Assembly (NCBI GenBank): GCA_050949345.1
Contig: JBMNFN010000001.1
Span: 1,571,602-1,635,601, forward strand
Origin: Anaerolineae bacterium
GTDB lineage: Bacteria > Chloroflexota > Anaerolineae > UBA1429
Reading direction: 5' to 3'
DNA: 64,000 nucleotides
In this document: positions 18,704-26,988 of the stretch, piece after piece
How positions within the stretch are numbered: position 1 is the first letter of the stretch
How the letters are laid out: every line of letters begins with the position of its first letter
Position numbers and translations under genes: made by a program
The notes under the pieces: generated by a model
The model's database searches: none
Told to the model about the DNA's origin: nothing
What the model saw: the letters and a program-made list of their open reading frames with translations, nothing else

Positions 18704-19927
18704 ATGGCCGAGATACGCATTGAGAATGTAACGGTTCGCTTTGCGCGCCAGACTTTTGCCGCACGGCCCAGTGCGGGCCTGGTACGGCGTGGCTATGCTG
18801 GCTATGAGGATCGCGCCTACGTGGAGCGTGTCGTCGCCAACGCAGAGGGGGTGGCCCACACCGGTGGCGCCATCACCGCGCTGGACGACGTCACGCTCCA
18901 TATCGCCGATGGTGAAACCGTCACCGTGATCGGGCCTTCCGGATGCGGCAAGAGCACGCTGTTGCGGGTCATTGCGGGATTGGAGCCACCCAACTCGGGG
19001 CGAGTGCTCTATGACGGACGCGATATGGCAGGGGTGCCGCCGGGCCAGCGAGGCATCGGCATGGTTTTCCAGTCCTATGCGCTCTACCCGCACATGGAGG
19101 GTCAGGGCAACCTTGGTTTCTTTTTCAAGATCCACCGCCGCCCCAGCGAAGAGATGATGGAGCGCATCCGCATCACCTCCGAAATCATGGGTCTGGGCTT
19201 CGATGAGCTGCTCCCCCGCCGCCCAAGGACCCTCTCGGGTGGCCAGCAGCAGCGGGTGGCCATTGGCCGGTGTATCGTCCGCGATCCGACCCTCTTTTTG
19301 TTCGACGAGCCACTCTCCAACCTGGATGCCCGCCTTCGCGCCCAAACGCGGGTCGAGATAAAACGCCTGCTGCGCCGCTTTGCCATCACGTCGGTGTACG
19401 TGACCCACGATCAAACGGAGGCCACGGCCCTGGGGGATCGCATCGTGGTCATGTCCGAGGGGCGCGTGGTACAGGTGGGCACCTTTCGGGAGCTTTGGGA
19501 CAATCCCGTCAATACCTTTGTGGCTGGCTTTGTGGGCATGCCTCCGATGAACCTGATTGAGGGCTGCCACCTCTCTGGAGGCAGGTTGCTGGGGCCCGCC
19601 GGCGCTGTGACCTGTCCCAGCCTGACCAGGGGGCTCCCCGAGGGACAGTCACTGACCTGCGGCTATCGCAGCACAGAGGCGCAGTTCTTGCCCGCGGCGC
19701 CCTCGCCGGAAACAGAGGGACTGGTGCTCTCTGGCATTGTGCGATCCATTCAGCCTGATCTGACGCGGCAGGAACAGACGCTCTATCTGGAGGTAGGCGA
19801 TCGGTTGCTCAGCGTCACGGTGCCCGCCAACGTGGCCCTGACGGTCGGGGAAACGGCGTCAGCGCTGATACCGCCTCAATCGCTGTACCTCTTTGACGGC
19901 GATACGGGCCTGCGGATTCTGCCGTAA
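18704..19927 (+). CDS. MalK/MsmX-type sugar ABC transporter ATPase
   Basis: GPSGCGKST, VFQSYALYPH, LSGGQQQR, FDEPLSNLD, YVTHDQ, C-terminal TOBE-like region. Confidence 0.9.
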   Translation: MAEIRIENVTVRFARQTFAARPSAGLVRRGYAGYEDRAYVERVVANAEGVAHTGGAITALDDVTLHIADGETVTVIGPSGCGKSTLLRVIAGLEPPNSGRVLYDGRDMAGVPPGQRGIGMVFQSYALYPHMEGQGNLGFFFKIHRRPSEEMMERIRITSEIMGLGFDELLPRRPRTLSGGQQQRVAIGRCIVRDPTLFLFDEPLSNLDARLRAQTRVEIKRLLRRFAITSVYVTHDQTEATALGDRIVVMSEGRVVQVGTFRELWDNPVNTFVAGFVGMPPMNLIEGCHLSGGRLLGPAGAVTCPSLTRGLPEGQSLTCGYRSTEAQFLPAAPSPETEGLVLSGIVRSIQPDLTRQEQTLYLEVGDRLLSVTVPANVALTVGETASALIPPQSLYLFDGDTGLRILP

Positions 19928-19940
19928 CCGCTGACGGAGG

Positions 19941-21251
19941 TCACTCTCCAGCGTTCTGCTCCACCGCCCGTGCCACCGCCCGGCCTCTGTCCACGTCTAC
20001 GCGGCTCAGCAGCAGCGCCCCCACCACAAAAAAGATGATCAGCGAGACGATGGCCCAGCGGCTGGTGCCCGCCAGCGATGCCGTGAGCCCAAAGAGCAAG
20101 GGCCCTGCTATGCCGGCAAACTTGGAGCTGATGTCATAAAAGCCAAAGAACTCGGCGGAACGGTTACGCGGGCACATGGAGCCAAAGAGTGAGCGGCTCA
20201 GCGCCTGGCTGCCGCCCTGTACCGTGCCGACCATCCCAGCCAGCACCCAAAAGTGCCAGGGGGCACTCATGAAATAGCCGAGAATCGAGATGATGGTATA
20301 GACACCCAGCGCCACATAGATGGCAGATTTGGCGCCCACCCGCCCGGCCAACCGTCCAAAGAGCAGAGTCATGGGAAACGCCACCACCTGTGTCAGCAGC
20401 AGGGCACCTGCCAGATCCACGGTGCCGATGCCGATCTCGGCGCCGTAAATGGTGGCCATACGGATGATGGTTCCGATACCATCGGCATACAGCCAGAATG
20501 CCAGCAGGAACTTGAAGAGCTCCCCGTACTGCCTGATCTCGCGAAAAGTCTCACCCACCCGCTGGAAGGCTGTGCGCACCACACTCCTTCGCTCAGCGGT
20601 TACGGCGGCGCCGGCGGGCTCCGGGACGTTGCGAAAGATGGGTATCGCAAACACTACCCACCAAACCGCTACGCTGAGAAAGGAGGCACGCACTGCGACA
20701 CTGGAATCAGCAAACCCAAACCAGGCAGGCTTCATGTACCAGATCAGGTTGATGAGCAGCAGGATGCCGCCGCCCAGATACCCCAACGCAAACCCCTTTG
20801 CCGAGACCCTGTCGATCTCGTCCTGCCGGGCCACGTGCGGCAAGAGCGAGTCATAGAACACGTTGGCTCCGGCATTGCCAATGCTGGCGAGCACATAGAA
20901 CACCACCGCCTGCAGCCAGTCGCCACGCTGAACCAGATAGAGGCAACCGGTAAAGAGGATGGCCAACACCAGGAAACCGCCCATGTAACGTTTCTTGCGA
21001 CCGGAATAGTCAGCGGCGGCCCCCATGATCGGCCCGATGAGTGCCGTAAACAGCATCGAGATGGAAACGGCGTATCCCCAGATGGCGCTGGCTTTGGAGG
21101 GCTCCAGGCTGGCTGCCGCCACAGTAGAAAAGTAGGGCGGCAGGAGCGCTGCCATGATCGTGGTAGCAAAGGCCGAGTTTGCCCAGTCGTACAGACACCA
21201 GGAGTTGATGGCCCGTCGGTGCAGGCGGTCAGACTCTGTTCGTGCGGCCAT
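19941..21251 (-). CDS. MFS transporter, UMF1/Atg22-like family
   Basis: WCLYDWANSAF, FYDSLLP, GYLGG, GGSQALSRS; ATG 21251 after GGAGG. Confidence 0.85.
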   Translation of the reverse strand: MAARTESDRLHRRAINSWCLYDWANSAFATTIMAALLPPYFSTVAAASLEPSKASAIWGYAVSISMLFTALIGPIMGAAADYSGRKKRYMGGFLVLAILFTGCLYLVQRGDWLQAVVFYVLASIGNAGANVFYDSLLPHVARQDEIDRVSAKGFALGYLGGGILLLINLIWYMKPAWFGFADSSVAVRASFLSVAVWWVVFAIPIFRNVPEPAGAAVTAERRSVVRTAFQRVGETFREIRQYGELFKFLLAFWLYADGIGTIIRMATIYGAEIGIGTVDLAGALLLTQVVAFPMTLLFGRLAGRVGAKSAIYVALGVYTIISILGYFMSAPWHFWVLAGMVGTVQGGSQALSRSLFGSMCPRNRSAEFFGFYDISSKFAGIAGPLLFGLTASLAGTSRWAIVSLIIFFVVGALLLSRVDVDRGRAVARAVEQNAGE

Positions 21252-21403
21252 GTGCACCTCCCAACCGGACTAGGTGGTTCTTGGCGGATTCTAACAGGGC
21301 ACGGTGTTCTGTCAACGAGCATGGCCACTTTGGCCCTGCCCGCCGGGGCCGATATAATCGCTGGCAAGGTTCAGTCGCCATTCTGGCGTGTCACAGGAGT
21401 AAC

Positions 21404-22297
21404 ATGCGGGAGAGACCTGCCCACGGGGTCGGGCTGCTTTCGGCTGGCATCATTGCCATCACCCTGTCCATCGTTGTATATGTGCTGGTGCGCACCCTGG
21501 TGAACCAGCCCATCGGGCTGGGCATGGCCCTCACTGCCTTTCTGCTGGTGGTAGCGCTTGTGTTTCTGGGCCGTACCCTGTTTCGGGTTGGCGAGATGCT
21601 CAGCCTTTTGTACACCGTCGACAGAAACGGCATCTCTATCCGAACCATGTTCTCGCGGCAGACCATTCCCCACAGCGCCATACTCCGCATCGAAGAGAGC
21701 GCCGTGACCACTGGCGATGTCCCTCTGCACGGCATGTCCTGGCCGGGTTATATGCGCGGGAGCGCCACCGTAGAGCCCTACGGTAACCTTTCTGTGTGGG
21801 CCACCGAGCCCCTGGAGCGACAGCTGGTGCTGGTGGGCGAGGAGATTTCTTTTGGCATCTCGCCCAGTAACCACCAGCGGTTCGTAGAGGCATGCGAGGC
21901 TCGACGCAACCTGGGGCCGCTCACAGAACCTGCCCTCGAGCTGGCTCCGGCGGGCATTGCGACCTGGCCGGTATGGCGCGATCGCTCCGTCTGGCTGGGC
22001 GCCCTGGTGGGCGCCATACTGGATGCAGGTCTCGCTACGCTGACCCTGGCGCGCTATCGCGCCCTGCCCACCATCATCCCCCTGCACTGGAATGCGCTGG
22101 GGCAGCCCGACCGTCTGGCGGCCAAGAGCGGCGTGTTTGCCATCCCGGCCATCGGGGCTGGTGTGCTGCTCCTCAGCCTGGCGGTGGGCATGGCGGTACA
22201 CAGTCGCGAACGCATGGGAGCCCGCCTCATGGTGTGGGGTTCCATCGGGGTGCAGGTGGCGCTGTGGGCTGCCGCCTGGCAGATCCTCATCCCATGA
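21404..22297 (+). CDS. Membrane protein with bacterial PH domain and DUF1648-like domain
   Basis: TM pairs, soluble PH-like segment, LPTIIPLHWNALGQPD; ATG 21404 after AGGAG. Confidence 0.7.
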   Translation: MRERPAHGVGLLSAGIIAITLSIVVYVLVRTLVNQPIGLGMALTAFLLVVALVFLGRTLFRVGEMLSLLYTVDRNGISIRTMFSRQTIPHSAILRIEESAVTTGDVPLHGMSWPGYMRGSATVEPYGNLSVWATEPLERQLVLVGEEISFGISPSNHQRFVEACEARRNLGPLTEPALELAPAGIATWPVWRDRSVWLGALVGAILDAGLATLTLARYRALPTIIPLHWNALGQPDRLAAKSGVFAIPAIGAGVLLLSLAVGMAVHSRERMGARLMVWGSIGVQVALWAAAWQILIP

Positions 22298-23130
22298 TGG
22301 GATACGCCGACATGCTGGTGGGGAGCCTGTTGGCAGGGGGCCTGGCGCTGCTGGCCCACCGCTATCGGCTGCTTACCGTGGGCGGATGTGCCGCGCTGTT
22401 GGTGGCGGTAGTGGCAGTCTGGGCACTGGCGGGTTGGGTGTACGGGGTACCGCTGGTGGTGTCGCTCCTGTTGAGCGGTTTGGCGTGTCGCCATGCCTGG
22501 GCCACCAAGGCACTGCTTTTGGGCCCCTCCTCTCCGGGCGCAATAGGAGCCCTTTCGGTGCTGGCGCGCCTCGCCTGGCCGATGATGCTGGCAGGCTTTA
22601 CAAGCCAGGGGGCGCTCCCGAGGATGGCGGCTTTTGCCGGCACACTGGCAGTTGTCTGGGCGGATGTGTGGGCGACCGAGCTCGGCATGCTCAGCAGAGA
22701 TCGCCCCCGCCTGCTGGCCAGCGGGCGACCGGCGATCCCGGGCACGCCTGGCGCCGTGTCCCCGTTGGGGCTGGTCGCTGCCCTGGGCGCTTCGGGGCTC
22801 AACGGATTCCTCCTGTTGCTCTGCGCCAACGCACAGGCGGCACAGGCCGGACTGGCACTGTCACGCACGGTGCAGTGGCTGCCGCTGGCCAGCACGGCCG
22901 GAGGTATGACCGGTGTGCTGACGGACTCGCTGCTGGGGGGTATGGCCCAAGCCCTCTACCATTGTGAAGAATGCCAAACCTGGTCAGAGACGAGTGTGCA
23001 CACCTGCGGCAGGCCTGCCACGCAGGTGCGCGGCTGGGCCTGGATGACCAATGATGCGGTGAATGCGGTGAGCGGATTGGTGGGAGCCAGTGTGGCCCTG
23101 GGCACCATCAGAGTTCTGTCGCTGCTGTAG
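22294..23130 (+). CDS. DUF92/TMEM19-family membrane protein with Zn-ribbon insert
   Basis: ADVWATELG, PGTPGAVSPLG, DSLLG, CEEC...HTC, NDAVN; ATG overlaps the upstream stop. Confidence 0.75.
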   Translation: MMGYADMLVGSLLAGGLALLAHRYRLLTVGGCAALLVAVVAVWALAGWVYGVPLVVSLLLSGLACRHAWATKALLLGPSSPGAIGALSVLARLAWPMMLAGFTSQGALPRMAAFAGTLAVVWADVWATELGMLSRDRPRLLASGRPAIPGTPGAVSPLGLVAALGASGLNGFLLLLCANAQAAQAGLALSRTVQWLPLASTAGGMTGVLTDSLLGGMAQALYHCEECQTWSETSVHTCGRPATQVRGWAWMTNDAVNAVSGLVGASVALGTIRVLSLL

Positions 23131-23242
23131 GCTCTCTCGCGGGATTGGTGGGCAAGTACCTTGCGCATTCTAACAGCGGGTGGTACAATCGCAGCGGTCT
23201 TGCCAGTTGTGTGCGATACGACCAGACGGAGGGAACCGGCTC

Positions 23243-23881
23243 ATGGACTACAAAGAGACCATCTTCAAGGGCATTCTCGAGGGCGACATGCCCGCCGTGG
23301 AAGAGGCGACGCAAGCCGCGCTGGCTTCGGGCATGGAGCCGGGTGAGATCCTCAACCAGGCCATGATCCCGGCGATGGATGAGGTGGGGCGCTTGTTTGA
23401 GGAGAACGAGTACTATGTACCCGAGCTCTTGATCGCCGCTCGCGCCATGAAAGCTGGTCTGGGGCTCCTCCGGCCTCATCTCGTGGCAACCGGCATCGAA
23501 CCCAAGGGCCGCGTTGCCCTGGGTACGGTAAAGGGTGATCTGCATGACATCGGCAAGAACCTTGTGGGCATTATGCTCGAAGGTGCCGGTTTCGAAGTGA
23601 TCGACCTGGGCGTGGATGTGAGCCCCGAGCAGTTTGTCTCCGCAGTGGCCGATCAGGGCGCCGACGTGATCGGATTGTCGGCCCTGCTCACCACCACCAT
23701 GCCCAGCATGCAGCGCACCATTGACGCGCTAAAGGAAGCCAGCCTGCGCGATCAGGTCAAGGTGATTATCGGCGGCGCGCCCGTAACGCAGCGTTACGCG
23801 GACGAAATCGGCGCCGACGGCTACAGCCGCGATGCCGCCGCCGCTGCACGTCTCGTCAAGCAGCTCCTGAACGTAGACTAG
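23243..23881 (+). CDS. Corrinoid (cobalamin-binding) protein of the methyltransferase MtaC/MttC family
   Basis: GTVKGDLHDIGKNLV (DxHxxG), DLGVDV, SALLTTT, IGGAP. Confidence 0.92.
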   Translation: MDYKETIFKGILEGDMPAVEEATQAALASGMEPGEILNQAMIPAMDEVGRLFEENEYYVPELLIAARAMKAGLGLLRPHLVATGIEPKGRVALGTVKGDLHDIGKNLVGIMLEGAGFEVIDLGVDVSPEQFVSAVADQGADVIGLSALLTTTMPSMQRTIDALKEASLRDQVKVIIGGAPVTQRYADEIGADGYSRDAAAAARLVKQLLNVD

Positions 23882-24040
23882 TTTTCGGGGCACCGGCCAC
23901 CAGCCGGTACTGGCGCAGCCCTGTGCCATAGGAACGGCCGATGTTCATGCCGCCCGCCTGCCCGGCTGGTTGTTGCTGAGAGCATCGGCCGTATTGTCCT
24001 TGATATCTGTTGCTGCCCCCCGTTTCCAGTGTGAGGTACC

Positions 24041-25078
24041 ATGTCAGATCGGATCGTATCGCCGGGCCTGCTGGGTGAAGAGAGCCCGGCAGATACCAGC
24101 CTGCGCCCCCGCAACCTCAGCGAGTACATCGGCCAGAGCCGAGTGGTAGAAAACCTGCAGATTGCGCTCCGCGCGGCGCAGGGCCGTGGCGAGCCGCTGG
24201 ACCACGTGCTGTTGTATGGCCCCCCCGGACTGGGCAAGACCACGCTGGCCTATGTCATCGCCGCAGAGATGGGCGTCAACGTCAAAGTCACCTCCGGCCC
24301 TGTGGTCGAGCGCCCCGGTGATCTCGCTGCCATACTCACCAACCTGCGCGAGGGTGACATTCTCTTTGTGGACGAAGTCCACCGCCTGAGCCGCACGGTG
24401 GAGGAGGTCCTCTACCCTGCCATGGAGGACTTTTGTCTCGATCTGATGATCGGCAAAGGCCCGGCTGCGCGCAGCATCCGCTTGAATCTGCCCCGATTTA
24501 CCCTGATCGGCGCCACGACGCGTATGGCGTTGCTTACCTCGCCATTGCGAGACCGTTTTGGGGTGGTATATCGCCTCGACTTTTACGACATCGAGGCCAT
24601 GCGCGATATTGTTCATCGCTCGGCAACCATCCTCGGCATCCCCATCGATGAGGCGGGAGCCGACGAGGTGGCTTCCCGTGCGCGTGGCACGCCGCGCGTC
24701 GCCAACCGGCTGCTGCGCCGCGTGCGCGACTATGCCGAGGTCAAGGGCACAGGGGTTATCGATCGTGCCACGGCAAGCGCAGCCCTGGCCATGTTGCAGG
24801 TGGACGCCCTCGGGCTGGACGAGTCTGACCGCCGTGTGCTGCACACCCTGATCGACAAGTTCGATGGCGGCCCGGTGGGCCTCGACACACTGGCGGCGGC
24901 CCTGAACGAGGACGCAGATACGATCATGGACGTGTATGAGCCCTACCTGATCCAACTGGGCTTTTTGGAGCGTACCCCTCGCGGACGGATGACCACGCGG
25001 CATGCCTACAGCCACCTGGGGCTCACCGCCCCCAGGCCCGAGGCCAAACCCGACTCTGGGCAGGAGCGCTTGTTCTGA
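24041..25078 (+). CDS. ruvB: Holliday junction branch migration helicase RuvB
   Basis: [48 protein letters not shown]. Confidence 0.97.
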   Translation: MSDRIVSPGLLGEESPADTSLRPRNLSEYIGQSRVVENLQIALRAAQGRGEPLDHVLLYGPPGLGKTTLAYVIAAEMGVNVKVTSGPVVERPGDLAAILTNLREGDILFVDEVHRLSRTVEEVLYPAMEDFCLDLMIGKGPAARSIRLNLPRFTLIGATTRMALLTSPLRDRFGVVYRLDFYDIEAMRDIVHRSATILGIPIDEAGADEVASRARGTPRVANRLLRRVRDYAEVKGTGVIDRATASAALAMLQVDALGLDESDRRVLHTLIDKFDGGPVGLDTLAAALNEDADTIMDVYEPYLIQLGFLERTPRGRMTTRHAYSHLGLTAPRPEAKPDSGQERLF

Positions 25079-25884
25079 TGGCGGTTACGGTGTTCGATCA
25101 GGGGGGCCAGAGGCTGTCGCCCTGCAGCGAGGAACGCGCCACACAGCTGGTCGCGAGTGGCACGGCCCAATGGTCCGCCAAGGGTACCGCGATCCGGCTG
25201 CAGCGTGCGGTGCCTCTACCGCATCGGCAGGTACCGCCCAAGCACCCCTTGGCCGATCGACGCACCTTGCTGCACATCTGTTGCGGTCCATGTGCCACAT
25301 CGGCGGTGCCAATCCTCCGTGCAGCAGGCGCCCGCCTGACGGGCTACTGGTTCAATCCCAATATTCACCCGCAAGCCGAGTACCAGCGACGCCGTGACAA
25401 CCTGGCACGATATGCTGCCCTGGTGGACCTGCCGATTATCTGGCACCCAACTTTTTCACCACGGGCCTGGGTACAGTGTCTGGGCGGCACACCAAGTGCC
25501 CCCGAGCGCTGCCTTGCCTGTTACAGGCTGCGCCTTGAGGCGACCGCGCGGGTCGCAGCGGAAGGGGACTTTGAGGCCTTTACGACCACGCTGCTGACCA
25601 GTCCCTATCAGGACATCGACGCCCTGGGCAGGATCGGAGAAGAGCTGGCGGCAGCCTATGGCGTTCCCTTTTACTGGGAGAACATGCGCCGGGGATATCG
25701 CGGTCAGGCTGAACAGTGTGCCGCGCTGGGGTTGTATCGGCAGCGTTACTGTGGTTGCGCCTATTCAGCGCGCGAGGCAAAAGGGGCGACAGCGGCGGGC
25801 AAGCGCACAGAGCACCCTGCCCTCGTCCCAGCGGCATCGCATAACGGCGCAACTACTGACTTGGTCGCTGACCGACCATGTTAA
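25078..25884 (+). CDS. queH: Epoxyqueuosine reductase QueH with N-terminal PLMP/RRXRR-like extension
   Basis: LLHICCGPC, NPNIHP, RCLACY, FTTTL, YRQRYCGC; adjacent to queA. Confidence 0.88.
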   Translation: MAVTVFDQGGQRLSPCSEERATQLVASGTAQWSAKGTAIRLQRAVPLPHRQVPPKHPLADRRTLLHICCGPCATSAVPILRAAGARLTGYWFNPNIHPQAEYQRRRDNLARYAALVDLPIIWHPTFSPRAWVQCLGGTPSAPERCLACYRLRLEATARVAAEGDFEAFTTTLLTSPYQDIDALGRIGEELAAAYGVPFYWENMRRGYRGQAEQCAALGLYRQRYCGCAYSAREAKGATAAGKRTEHPALVPAASHNGATTDLVADRPC

Positions 25885-26903
25885 CCGCCGATTTTGACTA
25901 TGTCCTGCCGCCCGATCGGATCGCCCAGGAGCCTGTAGAACCGCGGGATTCTTCGCGACTCCTGGTGCTCGATCGTTCTTCGGGCGCTATCCAGCACAGC
26001 GTCTTTCGCAACTTGCTGGATTATCTGCACGCGGGAGACCTGCTGGTCGCCAACATCACCCGGGTGCTGCCGGCGCGCATGTATGCCCACAAGGTTCCCT
26101 CGGGCGGACAGGTTGAGTTGCTGCTGCTGTCGCGCCTCGATGATCTGCGCTGGCGGGCGCTGGTCACCGGTCGCCGGGCGTTGCCAGGGCAACAGCTGAC
26201 CATCGGCGAAGGACCCGACGCGCTGGGGGCGGTGGTGGAGGAGGTGACCGCTGACGGCGGTCGCGTGATACGCTTTGCAGCTCCGCCAGAGCCCCACTTG
26301 AAACGCCTCGGGGAGATGCCGTTGCCTCCCTACATCCACACACGGCTGGCAGATCAGGAGCGATACCAGACGGTCTATGCACAGGCGAGTGGGTCGGCAG
26401 CTGCTCCCACCGCCGGGCTGCACTTTACTCCAGAGCTGCTGGCTGCCCTTCAGGGGGCGGACATCGAGTGGGCGCAGGTGGTGCTCCACATCGGTTTGGA
26501 CACCTTTCGCCCGGTGAGTGCCGAGCGCGTGGAGGACCATCAGATTCACACCGAATATTGTGAGCTGGATGCCACTGCCGCCGCCCAATTGAACCGGGCC
26601 CGCCGGGAAGGCCGCCGCATCATCGCTGTGGGCACTACATCTGTCCGGGTTCTGGAAACCATGGCGCAGCAGGCAGAGGACGAGATCGCCCCGTTTGCCG
26701 GCAACACGTCCCTGTTCATCTATCCCGGGTACCGTTTCCGGCTGGTGGACGGGCTGATTACCAATTTTCATCTCCCCAAGTCCTCGTTGCTGATGCTGGT
26801 GTCAGCCTTTGCGGGGGTGGAACACATCCGGCGCGCCTATGCCACCGCTATCGACTCTGGCTATCGTTTTTTCAGCTTTGGCGACAGCATGTTGATCATC
26901 TGA
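25878..26903 (+). CDS. queA: S-adenosylmethionine:tRNA ribosyltransferase-isomerase
   Basis: DFDYVLP..IAQEP, PLPPYI, YQTVYA, SAAAPTAGLHF, VGTTSVR, TNFHLPKSSL, YRFFSFGD. Confidence 0.97.
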   Translation: MLTADFDYVLPPDRIAQEPVEPRDSSRLLVLDRSSGAIQHSVFRNLLDYLHAGDLLVANITRVLPARMYAHKVPSGGQVELLLLSRLDDLRWRALVTGRRALPGQQLTIGEGPDALGAVVEEVTADGGRVIRFAAPPEPHLKRLGEMPLPPYIHTRLADQERYQTVYAQASGSAAAPTAGLHFTPELLAALQGADIEWAQVVLHIGLDTFRPVSAERVEDHQIHTEYCELDATAAAQLNRARREGRRIIAVGTTSVRVLETMAQQAEDEIAPFAGNTSLFIYPGYRFRLVDGLITNFHLPKSSLLMLVSAFAGVEHIRRAYATAIDSGYRFFSFGDSMLII

Positions 26904-26988
26904 CCAGCCAGCTGCCTGGTGGCTGGCGACACAACGCGTTGTGCTCACCGCTCAGCGGTGATACTATCGGAAGCGTCACACCCTCTGC

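Noticed and set aside
23932-23946. LexA box upstream of ruvB (GAAC...GTTC)
   Set aside because: The spacer is 7 nt rather than the 4 nt of the GAAC-N4-GTTC box
25078-25884. Intact IscB/OMEGA nuclease
   Set aside because: Only the short PLMP-like segment is present; no RuvC or HNH motifs, and the rest is clearly QueH
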